Shown here: piece by piece, positions 26,141 to 34,730 of the stretch
How positions within the stretch are numbered: the first letter of the stretch is position 1
Layout: each line of letters starts with the position of its first letter
Virus record (IMG/VR): IMGVR_UViG_3300030376_001843
Span: 1 to 38,004 of that record
Length of the DNA stretch: 38,004 bases
Strand: one strand, 5' to 3'
DNA from: a virus
Taxonomy: Duplodnaviria > Caudoviricetes
Translations under genes and position numbers: made by a program
The notes under the pieces: model-generated
Seen by the model: only the letters and a program-made list of their open reading frames with translations
What the model was told of the DNA's origin: nothing
The model's database searches: none

Positions 26141-27692
26141 TGCTCAATTATTAGATGAAGGTTCTACAACAACTACCGAAATAGAAATACAAGGTGATGT
26201 AGAAGAAATTACAGAAACAACTGTAACTATAGAGCATAAAAATACTGATGATGTGTTAGATGGTGATACAGGTGTCGTAACAAGTAAATACGAGGGTGAT
26301 GCAGATGTAGACTGGGGTGGGGCTGGATCGGTTTATTCACATACATCATGTAGTGATGCAGCAAGTGGTTTTCCTGCAACTGGCACAGATGGTCGTACTT
26401 CAGCTTGTGGTCATGCTAGAACAAATAGTTTAACAACTTGGCGACAATATGTTGATCTTAATTCTTTTGGTATAGAACAAGGAGGGGAAGTTAATTATGA
26501 ATTTCTTTTTGCTTTTCCAAATAGTATGTATAACAATTCCTCTCAAACAGCTTTTATGCAAACAAAAGGATATAATGATAATACATTGCAATGGGAAACA
26601 GGTTTAGTACCTATAGACAAAACAACTTTTAGCCAAAACCCTAATAACTATAATAATAATACAAATTGGGTGAATACAGTTACAGGAAGCTATGACTTTG
26701 CTAACCAATTAGATAAAGTATATATAGAGATTGGCGGATATGGAGAATTTTTCTGGGATGAATTTCAATATAATGTCGTTTATAATCATATAACAACATC
26801 AGTAGAAACTTGGATGCAGATTGCACAACAAGAGCAAGATACAACAACAACTTTAGATATTATGAATACATATAATCCTATAGATACTTTTGAAGATACC
26901 ACGACACCAGTAGAAGAAGTACAAGAGTTAGTAGAAATAATTGAAATGCCTGATTTACCAGATATGACAATGAATATGGGTGAACCAATGGTAGAAATTG
27001 CACCTATTGAAGAAACTATATCTATTGAAACTACATTTGAAGATACAACTGTTTCTTTTGAACCAGTCATAACTATGGAAGCTGTAACAGAGGAAATTCA
27101 AGAAGTTTTAGTAGAAACAGAGGTAACTACGGCAAATGATACTACAGAATCACCCATAGAAGCTCCTACAGAGCCAACTCAAGAGGTTGAGGATAGTAAC
27201 CCTACCCCAGAAACAGCGTCTAATGACGAGCCAGTAGAAGAAGTTAAAGAAGAACCAAAGGAAGTAGTAGAGGAGCAACCTGAACCAGAGCCACAAGAAA
27301 AAGAGGTGGCACAAAATGAGCCTAAAGAAGAACCAGAAGAAGTAAAAGAGGAAGTGAAAGAAGAACCTAAACAAGAGGAAGAAGTAAAAGAAGCTAAAGC
27401 AGAAGATAAACCCACTAAAAAACAAGAAGCTAAACAAGAAAAAGCTAAAGAGATTATGCAAAGTTTTGATAGTCAATATGATGCCGTAGCTCAAATAACA
27501 ACATTAGCATTGGTTAATGCTTTAGGTGCAGACATTAAAACATATCAAAAAATACCTACACAAGTTCAGCCAGTATGGTATGAAAGCGAAGAAATATATA
27601 CAGATGTTATATTACAAGACCCATTAGGCAATTATTTTGGTGTGCGTGATAGCTTAACATTTAATAATATGGTGGATATGCAGTATGAGTAA
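26088..27692 (+). CDS. Exported acidic protein with a beta-rich domain and a long E/P/K-rich linker
   Basis: Signal peptide (SNA|Q); low-complexity EEPKEE repeats. Confidence 0.75.
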   Translation: MKVLWVFLVFYLYCFSSNAQLLDEGSTTTTEIEIQGDVEEITETTVTIEHKNTDDVLDGDTGVVTSKYEGDADVDWGGAGSVYSHTSCSDAASGFPATGTDGRTSACGHARTNSLTTWRQYVDLNSFGIEQGGEVNYEFLFAFPNSMYNNSSQTAFMQTKGYNDNTLQWETGLVPIDKTTFSQNPNNYNNNTNWVNTVTGSYDFANQLDKVYIEIGGYGEFFWDEFQYNVVYNHITTSVETWMQIAQQEQDTTTTLDIMNTYNPIDTFEDTTTPVEEVQELVEIIEMPDLPDMTMNMGEPMVEIAPIEETISIETTFEDTTVSFEPVITMEAVTEEIQEVLVETEVTTANDTTESPIEAPTEPTQEVEDSNPTPETASNDEPVEEVKEEPKEVVEEQPEPEPQEKEVAQNEPKEEPEEVKEEVKEEPKQEEEVKEAKAEDKPTKKQEAKQEKAKEIMQSFDSQYDAVAQITTLALVNALGADIKTYQKIPTQVQPVWYESEEIYTDVILQDPLGNYFGVRDSLTFNNMVDMQYE

Positions 27693-28332
27693 TGAATTAG
27701 AATTTGCAGGAATTAAATTTAGAGGTGGGAAATTAGTAGGAATATTAATAGCATTATCAACATTGGTTGGTGGTGCTTATGGTGCATTTGAAGTGTATAA
27801 AGATTATATGGATATGAAAGAAGTCATAAAATCTTATGAACCACCTGATTTATCTGGTTATGAAAGTCGTTTAAATGTATTTGAAGAAAAGATAACTAAT
27901 TTAGAAACAGTATTAAATGATAAAATATCTGGCATGGATAATACATTAGAAACTAAAATTGCTAATATGGAACAAATTTTACAGTCGGAAATATCTACAG
28001 CTATGGAATTAGTAACAGCAGCACAAGGTGATGCCAGAGATATTCGTAATGAACTTCGTAAAGATATGAATGAGTTATTAGACCAAATAAGTGCAGTAGA
28101 TAAAAGGTCAAGATTAACAGAACAAGAAATAAGAACAAGTCAAAGAACATCAGAGAATGATGTAAAGACTTTAATACAACATGCAGAAGATCGCTTTGAC
28201 GGAAAAAGAACTGCTATAGAATCTGATGCTAATAGACGCAATGAAGCTATAGATGTTAAGCTAAAAGAGTTAGAAGAACGATTAAGAGATATGCTAACCA
28301 AAGCATTAAATAACCCTTTAACTGGGCAATAA
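27685..28332 (+). CDS. Membrane-anchored coiled-coil protein
   Basis: N-terminal TM (LVGILIALSTLVGGAYG) followed by heptad-rich helices. Confidence 0.75.
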   Translation: MSNELEFAGIKFRGGKLVGILIALSTLVGGAYGAFEVYKDYMDMKEVIKSYEPPDLSGYESRLNVFEEKITNLETVLNDKISGMDNTLETKIANMEQILQSEISTAMELVTAAQGDARDIRNELRKDMNELLDQISAVDKRSRLTEQEIRTSQRTSENDVKTLIQHAEDRFDGKRTAIESDANRRNEAIDVKLKELEERLRDMLTKALNNPLTGQ

Positions 28333-28333
28333 T

Positions 28334-28349
28334 TGTTTCACATGAAACA
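28334..28349. promoter_or_regulatory. parS: parS-like palindrome TGTTTCACATGAAACA
   Basis: 15/16 match to the bacterial chromosomal parS consensus TGTTTCACGTGAAACA; intergenic. Confidence 0.75.
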
Positions 28350-28405
28350 TTGCTTTATTTTAACATTGTGTTTAAGATGGTAGTAACTTAATAATTGTTT
28401 TAATT

Positions 28406-28438
28406 AAAGCGTATTAGTTAGTGCTAGTACGCTTTTTT
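28406..28438 (+). terminator. Rho-independent terminator at the convergence of the two genome arms
   Basis: AAAGCGTATTAG-TTAGTG-CTAGTACGCTTT followed by further Ts. Confidence 0.75.
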
Positions 28439-28748
28439 ATTTCCAAACTTTTTCATATTCAATAAGAAATCGTTTTGGAACTTTAATGCCATTATCAAAT
28501 TCTGTAGGCATTTTATTATTTTCTACATAAGCCCAATTTCGGCAAGGAAAATTATCAATGCCGTTGCCTTCATCTCTAACTAAAACCAACACAAAATGAC
28601 GGTTTGGATGATATGACTTATGTTCTTCGTATTCTTTACTTTTGGGATTAGCCCACAATAAATCTTTTAATTTATCTGAAAACCAATGATCTTCACATTC
28701 TTTAGTTTCATTGTTTGTAATTTCAATATCCCATTCATAGTAAACCAT
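28437..28748 (-). CDS. Hypothetical protein
   Basis: ORF track; SD AAGGAG. Confidence 0.75.
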   Translation of the reverse strand: MVYYEWDIEITNNETKECEDHWFSDKLKDLLWANPKSKEYEEHKSYHPNRHFVLVLVRDEGNGIDNFPCRNWAYVENNKMPTEFDNGIKVPKRFLIEYEKVWK

Positions 28749-28759
28749 GGTAATCTCCT

Positions 28760-29176
28760 TTAATCAGTTGAATAAGACCAATTTTCTGAAGTTAAAATAT
28801 AAAATGAATTACAGTTAGATTGTCTGCAATCCCAAGTATCATAAACTGTGTCGTCAATAACAGCAGTTAAATGATTTCTGGTAAGTAATACACAACGACC
28901 TCTAAATTCAAATTTAAGTAATTGTATTTTTTTACCATTTTTTCTTGGTGGTTTATGTTTTTCAAATCCTTTTGATAAAAGATATTTTTCGTATAACCAT
29001 TCATCATTAGGAATTGCACCATACTTTACAGAATAATCACATAAATCTTTAAGTGTAGTTTTATATGATTGATTAAGTATAATTGAAATAGAACGGACTA
29101 CACAATCAGCACCTTTTCTGGAACGAGTGTAATCTTTACTTCTATTACCATCATGGTATTTGTATTTTGTATTCAT
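28760..29176 (-). CDS. Conserved phage protein (DCVVRxI...HLxAVID..VYDTWDC; Cys/His/Asp, papain-like fold possible)
   Basis: ORF track; recognisable motif; SD AAGGAG. Confidence 0.75.
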   Translation of the reverse strand: MNTKYKYHDGNRSKDYTRSRKGADCVVRSISIILNQSYKTTLKDLCDYSVKYGAIPNDEWLYEKYLLSKGFEKHKPPRKNGKKIQLLKFEFRGRCVLLTRNHLTAVIDDTVYDTWDCRQSNCNSFYILTSENWSYSTD

Positions 29177-29299
29177 AGTAATCTCCTTTATAGAAAAGTT
29201 ACTACCAACTCAAACACAATATTTATTTACAATGTCAAACAGCATAAAGCATACTTATCGCTTTGTTTAAACCATTATAACATATTGGGTTTTGAGAAA

Positions 29300-29400
29300 T
29301 GGCAGATTTCAGCCATTTTTAGCTATTTTTGGTAAATAAATGGCGGTTTTCTGCGGTTTAAAAAAAAATTATTTTTTTCTTGACACCAGAAATCTGCGGT
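29300..29400. repeat. Three related pseudo-palindromic motifs (S)CWGAAAWCYGC
   Basis: TGGCAGATTTCAGCCA (29300-29315), TGGCGGTTTTCTGCGG (29341-29356), ACCAGAAATCTGCGGT (29385-29400). Confidence 0.55.
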
Positions 29401-30900
29401 TTATCCGTATATATCTTTGCGATTTGACTGATAGGCTTGTTGCTTATCAACACTTTCAAAGCAACCATTATCCAAATTCATTTTTATAGGCATAACTCTC
29501 GGATACCCTAATTCTTCATATCGGCATTTGCAAACAATAAGTTTTGCGTCTGTTGTTCTATTACCTTCTTCATCTTCAAACTTTTCTCTCCATAAACTAA
29601 AGATGTGATCTGGTTTATTAAACCAATGAGCCGAACCTGCTATACTATAAGCCGTAGGTGCTGCATTATGTACCTTTAACTCACTTGGCTTTGATGGGTG
29701 AGCCAAAATCATTATGTGAATATCTAACACCTTTGCCAATGTTGTTAAGTCATCTAAACATTTGCCTATCCAATTTGTTTCTGATCCTCTCGTCATATCT
29801 GGTATTTCTATTTTATTAAAAGGATCAAACATAAATGCTTCAATACCGAATCGTGCTTTCATATCTTTTATTTTATCACATACCCAATCAAATTCTGGGG
29901 CATTTCTAGGGTGATTAAGAAAATGAAAAGTATCTCTTATCCAATAATCAGCAGAATTTAATTCTTCTTCCGACATATCTCGTTCTTGTTTGCCATGATA
30001 AAATGTTCGTAAATTTCTTCTTACATAAGGTTTAACTCTTGTTTCTCCAGAAAACATTCCTATCTGAATTTTATATTCTTTTGCTATGTTTGCCCATAAT
30101 TGTTGAGCAAAAGTGGTTTTACCATGACCAGGATAGCCAGTCATAACACTTACCATGCCACCCCCTATCATAACTTTATTTCCCCACCCATCAAAACAAG
30201 GACTCCATAATTTAGGTGGCGAGGGTTCTGGTATTTCATCTAATGAATATACACCTTCAATCGGAAATGGTTGCAATTCTTCATTAATCAACCATTGTAA
30301 TTGGTCTTTTCCTACTTTCTGCATATATTCATTAACATCTTTAACATCACTAGAAAATTCCACAAACTTACACCGACCATGTCCAAAAATAGATGCTAAA
30401 TCACTTCGTAGGTTACGGCCTGGATCATCATTATCGGTCAATAACACAAAACAATTTGCTTTATCTAACCCTTCCGCTAATGCGTCTAATACATATTGGT
30501 ATCTTTTAGTATTGTGAGCTTCTTCCGTAGGAGTAGCTGGAGCACCACCTGGTACACTTAAAACACTATTAATAGAAAAACCAGACTCTATTAAAGAACA
30601 TAAATCCATTTCTCCTTCTGTAATATATACAGTATCAAGGTTTTTAGAATTTAAAACATTACCTAAATTATAGAATTGTTGTTTTCCACCAGTCTGTTGT
30701 TTAAATGCTTTTTCTTGTATAGCTCTTGCTTTATAATTAACTCTTTCGCCTTTGCTATTATAATAGCCAAAGACTAATGATTCGAGTTTTCTATCACCAA
30801 ACTGTGCCGAACCGCTTTCGCACTTCATTTCTGTTAGTGTTTTTTGGCTTATCCCCCTCTTTTCTGCGAATTGGATAACATTGTTTGTTAGTTTCTTCAT
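29401..30900 (-). CDS. Primase-helicase (TOPRIM + SF4 helicase, T7 gp4/Twinkle-like) lacking an N-terminal Zn domain
   Basis: ITEGEMD, SVPGGA, LTDNDDPG, Walker A TGYPGHGKT, FDPFN, LAHPSK and IAGSAHW motifs. Confidence 0.93.
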   Translation of the reverse strand: MKKLTNNVIQFAEKRGISQKTLTEMKCESGSAQFGDRKLESLVFGYYNSKGERVNYKARAIQEKAFKQQTGGKQQFYNLGNVLNSKNLDTVYITEGEMDLCSLIESGFSINSVLSVPGGAPATPTEEAHNTKRYQYVLDALAEGLDKANCFVLLTDNDDPGRNLRSDLASIFGHGRCKFVEFSSDVKDVNEYMQKVGKDQLQWLINEELQPFPIEGVYSLDEIPEPSPPKLWSPCFDGWGNKVMIGGGMVSVMTGYPGHGKTTFAQQLWANIAKEYKIQIGMFSGETRVKPYVRRNLRTFYHGKQERDMSEEELNSADYWIRDTFHFLNHPRNAPEFDWVCDKIKDMKARFGIEAFMFDPFNKIEIPDMTRGSETNWIGKCLDDLTTLAKVLDIHIMILAHPSKPSELKVHNAAPTAYSIAGSAHWFNKPDHIFSLWREKFEDEEGNRTTDAKLIVCKCRYEELGYPRVMPIKMNLDNGCFESVDKQQAYQSNRKDIYG

Positions 30901-31075
30901 AGTATTCCACTCCTTTTATGTTGCAATGATGACAAAAATATACAACAGAATCAGATTGTAAAGTAACTGATAATGGTGTATCTCGTTTATTCTTCGTTCT
31001 TTCGTGTTGACAATTAGGGCAAGAATACTTGCCACTTCTTTTTAATCCTAATACAAATTTTCTATCAAGACTCAC
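30794..31075 (-). CDS. Primase zinc-binding domain encoded as a separate ORF
   Basis: CPNC..R.K....LSV......YFCHHC..KG is a Twinkle-type ZBD pattern. Confidence 0.8.
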   Translation of the reverse strand: MSLDRKFVLGLKRSGKYSCPNCQHERTKNKRDTPLSVTLQSDSVVYFCHHCNIKGVEYYEETNKQCYPIRRKEGDKPKNTNRNEVRKRFGTVW

Positions 31076-31084
31076 ATTAATCCC

Positions 31085-32290
31085 CTAGTTTTTTACTAAA
31101 TATTCTTTCTTTATTATTCCTAATTCTTCATTACCTCTATCATAATTTTTAATCCATACTTTCCTACCATTTTTATAGGTGCGTAAATGCCCTCTTACAC
31201 TATGAAATCTATTTTTATGATGATTAATATTAATAGGAGTATTTATATATTTATTAACAACATTAGGATTTATTGTTAAAGTTTTAAATTCGTAATAATT
31301 TTGTTTATTACTATTATGTCTTTTAGAACCTTTACTATTATTAATCTCTTTAACAGTTTTTTCATTACTCATAGCTGATAAAAGTATAAACAAATTTTTA
31401 ATAATACCTCGTAAATATTTTATATTTAAATTAAACAATTCTTCTTGAATTTGATTTAATTTATATTCTATTTTATTCGCAATTATATCGATTGATTTAT
31501 CTTTATCGTTTATTTCAAAAGGTTTTATTTTTTCATCAGCTTCTCTTTGTTCTAAAATTGCTAACCATGAATGAGCAGTATCTGATACAGTAAATTGTGT
31601 TTTATCATTTGCTAATATGTCTAAATGAGTAAAATTGTCCCATTTAGAACCAAAATCACTAGATACTATTCTAATATGGTCATTTATCTGTAAATTTTTT
31701 AAATCTAAATCATGTTTTCCCCATAAAAATCTATCAGTTTGGTCAATTCCTTTAGGCTTTAATTTTAAATCTATTAAAGACATTTTATTACTAAATAAAA
31801 AAGAATACATTGGAGCTATTACTTTAATTGGATTTTTTCTAGTACCAATATAACTAAACTCTTTGATATATGATGTTGGTATATAAGGTGTAATCATGTA
31901 TAAAAAATCATTATCTTTTGGTACTTGCGAATTGTAAGTTTTTTTAATATGAAAACCAGATAAAAATTCATTGTTGTTATCTTTTACTTCTATCCATGTA
32001 TCATCATAAGGTATTTTAATATCAGTAACATAAAATCTTTTTGGACAATTTTTATTTATCCACTCATGAGAAATAGAAAATTTATGCGTATTTCTTAATT
32101 GACTTCTTATCCCTGATAAATAATTTTTATCTCTTTTTAGTAAAGAACGAGTAAAAAGCATTTTCCAATTTTCTTCTTTTTGATTAAAAACATCTAAAAC
32201 ATTGTAATTTATTGTTTCTGAACCACAAAAATGAAAAGCCATCTCTGGTTTTTTATAACTATGTATAATAGCATCTAAAAATTTATTCAT
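31085..32290 (-). CDS. Hypothetical protein (401 aa) with C-terminal HxVRGHxR...VWI..Y.RG motif
   Basis: ORF track; very AT-rich. Confidence 0.75.
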   Translation of the reverse strand: MNKFLDAIIHSYKKPEMAFHFCGSETINYNVLDVFNQKEENWKMLFTRSLLKRDKNYLSGIRSQLRNTHKFSISHEWINKNCPKRFYVTDIKIPYDDTWIEVKDNNNEFLSGFHIKKTYNSQVPKDNDFLYMITPYIPTSYIKEFSYIGTRKNPIKVIAPMYSFLFSNKMSLIDLKLKPKGIDQTDRFLWGKHDLDLKNLQINDHIRIVSSDFGSKWDNFTHLDILANDKTQFTVSDTAHSWLAILEQREADEKIKPFEINDKDKSIDIIANKIEYKLNQIQEELFNLNIKYLRGIIKNLFILLSAMSNEKTVKEINNSKGSKRHNSNKQNYYEFKTLTINPNVVNKYINTPININHHKNRFHSVRGHLRTYKNGRKVWIKNYDRGNEELGIIKKEYLVKN

Positions 32291-32291
32291 A

Positions 32292-32510
32292 TCAATCCCC
32301 TAGTAACTTATATTCAGCAACCTTTACTTTTTTACCAAATTTATTCTTAACCATTTTATAAGTTGTTTCAATGTGAATATCATCACCTCTTAAATCAAAT
32401 ATTCTTGCCGATAATCGCATACAACCAAAGTTTTCATAGGCTTGTTTAGGATCAATCTTACCATGTTCTTTTAAATGTTCTAAAATCATATCATTTTGTT
32501 TCTGTATCAT
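32292..32510 (-). CDS. Winged helix-turn-helix protein
   Basis: Q...ILEHL...I.P..A...FGCMRLSARIFDLR pattern. Confidence 0.8.
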   Translation of the reverse strand: MIQKQNDMILEHLKEHGKIDPKQAYENFGCMRLSARIFDLRGDDIHIETTYKMVKNKFGKKVKVAEYKLLGD

Positions 32511-32874
32511 TATCTTTACTCCCCTTTAATTGTTCTACTTGTTGATGTAAGTCTGTTATTGTTTTCATTAAACTTAAAAGCATATCATATTCAAGGTAGC
32601 ACTTAGGACTACCATGATCTCGTTCTACTAATAAAAAATCTGCACCCTGCTTGGCTTTATCCCCAGTTCGCCAACCATGTTTCCATTTCTTACATTCAAT
32701 AATATACTTTTCCCCAGTTGGTGATACAACATAGACATCATTAGGAAAATCTCTAAATATGCCGCTGCCAGGCTGTTTTCTAGCTTCCCAACCACTATCT
32801 TTATTTATTGTATCAACAATCTTTTTCTCAAATTTAGAACCTTTAGCTTTGGCACTTCTAGCACTTAAAACCAT
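32491..32874 (-). CDS. Holliday junction resolvase-like PD-(D/E)XK nuclease
   Basis: KAKGSKFE, PGSG...DV and IIECKK motifs. Confidence 0.8.
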   Translation of the reverse strand: MVLSARSAKAKGSKFEKKIVDTINKDSGWEARKQPGSGIFRDFPNDVYVVSPTGEKYIIECKKWKHGWRTGDKAKQGADFLLVERDHGSPKCYLEYDMLLSLMKTITDLHQQVEQLKGSKDNDTETK

Positions 32875-32996
32875 TTTTTATCCTCATATCTTTGTTTGCA
32901 ATACCAACAATACAACCTACTAAACACATAATATATATCTTTCGTGTTGCATTTTTTACACTCTATAAACTTTGCTTTAGAATGGAATTTTGTCAT
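32865..32996 (-). CDS. Small Zn-ribbon protein (43 aa, ...ECKKC...YCWYC...)
   Basis: Read by hand; two CxxC motifs; overlaps both neighbours. Confidence 0.55.
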   Translation of the reverse strand: MTKFHSKAKFIECKKCNTKDIYYVFSRLYCWYCKQRYEDKKWF

Positions 32997-33513
32997 CTGG
33001 CATCTCACTTATAGCAGTATTATCTAAATCTTCTGTCTGTTGAAGATGTTTAAATGCTCCTACTGAACCTCTACTATAATTCATTAATATAAATTTAAGT
33101 TTTTGGTCAGCAGTAAGTGTTGCATCTCGGTTTACACATGCTTGTAGTATAATCGCCCAATCTCTACCTACTAATTCACTAACATCATGCCCACCAGCAG
33201 TTCCTTCTTCTACATAATTAGTAGTAGGTGCTTGAGGTTGAGGTGTTGGAGCAGTTGGTGTCGGTTGTGGGCTTGGTGCTATATTATCGTCATTAACCAC
33301 TTTAAATCTGTTAATATAGAGATTATTAAATTGATCTGCCCATGTTTCTATATCAACCACCATGCCAACATCTAAATCGCTAGGTCTTTTATCTGGATTA
33401 CATAGTAATTTTTTTCCGTCTGTCGTTACTATCTTATAATTTTTAGTACCCTTCCACCCTTTTTCTTCATTTGGCGGCTGTGGTGCTATTATTTCTTTAA
33501 TTGTAATCTGCAT
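32977..33513 (-). CDS. Single-stranded DNA-binding protein-like
   Basis: Beta-rich OB-like N-terminus, P/Q/T linker, acidic DDKIPF tail; next to the exonuclease. Confidence 0.7.
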   Translation of the reverse strand: MQITIKEIIAPQPPNEEKGWKGTKNYKIVTTDGKKLLCNPDKRPSDLDVGMVVDIETWADQFNNLYINRFKVVNDDNIAPSPQPTPTAPTPQPQAPTTNYVEEGTAGGHDVSELVGRDWAIILQACVNRDATLTADQKLKFILMNYSRGSVGAFKHLQQTEDLDNTAISEMPDDKIPF

Positions 33514-33518
33514 ATTTA

Positions 33519-33584
33519 ACTCCTTATTTGGTGTAGAGAGGAAAGGAGTGAGCTAACCCCTCTACATAAAAATAAAACCTCACT
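33519..33584 (-). promoter_or_regulatory. Structured 5' leader of the SSB gene (pseudoknot or anti-SD switch)
   Basis: Interleaved stems GAGTGAG/CTCACTC and TGTAGAGGGG/CCTCTCTACA, plus ACTCCTT complementary to the SD AAGGAGT. Confidence 0.55.
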
Positions 33585-33587
33585 CGT

Positions 33588-34391
33588 TTATTGTTTCCAT
33601 TCATCTGCATAATCATGGAAATAATTATTTAAATTAATAATCTGTAAGAAAATACTTTTATCTCGTTGGTATTTTTCTGTTCCATATGTTCTGGTCATTA
33701 TCTCGCCACTATCTCGGTCTATGATAACCACCATTCTATTAAAAGGATTCCCCCCTTCTTGCTCTAGTAAACACTCCATATAGGCCAATAGCTGCAAATT
33801 TTGTTTACTAGACATATCCGGTAATCGTCTATAATTAGCTATAGAGCCAGTTTTCCAATCTAGTAATACTCGCCCTCTGCCGTCATTTAAAATACATTCT
33901 AGGTCATATTTACCACTATAATTATGTTCTTTATTATAAACCAATACCTCACTAGATAAGACTTTTTCTACATTAGCATCAAACCAATCAATTCCAGCTT
34001 TCTGCATTTTAGCAATGCTTTCATCTGTGTCATATACTGGTTTAATTCCTTTAGCATATCGTTCAAGTACCAGGTGTACTGCTGTTCCTCTCTCTGCCGA
34101 TTTAGTCCAGACATCAGCTGATTTTTTACTTATATCTTTAATAAAAGATTCAGCATCTTTTTTATATTGCCATGAATACTGTTTATTAAGTTCTATTTCT
34201 TCCATAAAAGTAGTTCTAAATGCTTTTCGAGATGCCATAGCACCAATATTAAAACTTCCTAGTATGCTAAAATGCGAAGTAACAGATCGCACATCTATAA
34301 TTTCTCCGTCATTTTTTATAAATTGATACTTATGACTAGGTTCATCAAAAGTTAATGTGCCCTCAGCAAAAATTCTAGTTTCTAGTTCCAT
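33588..34391 (-). CDS. PD-(D/E)XK exonuclease (Cas4/RecB-like phage recombination nuclease)
   Basis: SVT...L, RGTAVH..LE, YSGKYD, LLDWKTG and QLLAY motifs. Confidence 0.88.
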   Translation of the reverse strand: MELETRIFAEGTLTFDEPSHKYQFIKNDGEIIDVRSVTSHFSILGSFNIGAMASRKAFRTTFMEEIELNKQYSWQYKKDAESFIKDISKKSADVWTKSAERGTAVHLVLERYAKGIKPVYDTDESIAKMQKAGIDWFDANVEKVLSSEVLVYNKEHNYSGKYDLECILNDGRGRVLLDWKTGSIANYRRLPDMSSKQNLQLLAYMECLLEQEGGNPFNRMVVIIDRDSGEIMTRTYGTEKYQRDKSIFLQIINLNNYFHDYADEWKQ

Positions 34392-34401
34392 TTATATTTC
34401 C

Positions 34402-34554
34402 TTAATGTAATATTATATTATGTTTAGATTTTCTTAACAGTTCTGATAATTTATGTTTCCAAATCCCTTTAAAATCTTCATCTTCTGCTTTATCTATAAC
34501 TTTTATTAAGTTATGTATTCGCCTATTTAATTTGGCATTTACTTCTATAATCAT
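34402..34554 (-). CDS. Small hypothetical protein (50 aa, MIIEVNAKLNRRIHNL...)
   Basis: Read by hand; SD AAGGAG; ATGA overlap with the upstream gene. Confidence 0.6.
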   Translation of the reverse strand: MIIEVNAKLNRRIHNLIKVIDKAEDEDFKGIWKHKLSELLRKSKHNIILH

Positions 34555-34730
34555 ATCTTTATCTCCTTCCAATCTTCTATTTCTTCCAAATCATTATCCT
34601 CAATTCCATCACATATAGACGAATGATCGAATTTACCTGTAGTTCTCCAAAACCTTATCTTTCCATTTTTATCTTCAGTTTCAAAAGTAAGATCATGCAC
34701 ACATAAACTTTCAAATTCTTCTTTAGTCAT
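34551..34730 (-). CDS. Small acidic hypothetical protein (59 aa, MTKEEFESLCVHD...)
   Basis: Read by hand; starts in a GGAGAATGTATAATG junction. Confidence 0.7.
   Translation of the reverse strand: MTKEEFESLCVHDLTFETEDKNGKIRFWRTTGKFDHSSICDGIEDNDLEEIEDWKEIKI

Noticed and set aside
27150-27494. F/L-rich and S-rich antisense ORFs and apparent tandem repeats
   Set aside because: Mirror of the low-complexity GAA-rich E/K/P linker in 26088-27692; not a separate repeat element.
28358-28385. Possible dif-like (XerC/D) site next to parS
   Set aside because: Only a partial match to the XerD arm (ATGTTAAA on the minus strand) and no convincing XerC arm; expected by chance in AT-rich DNA.
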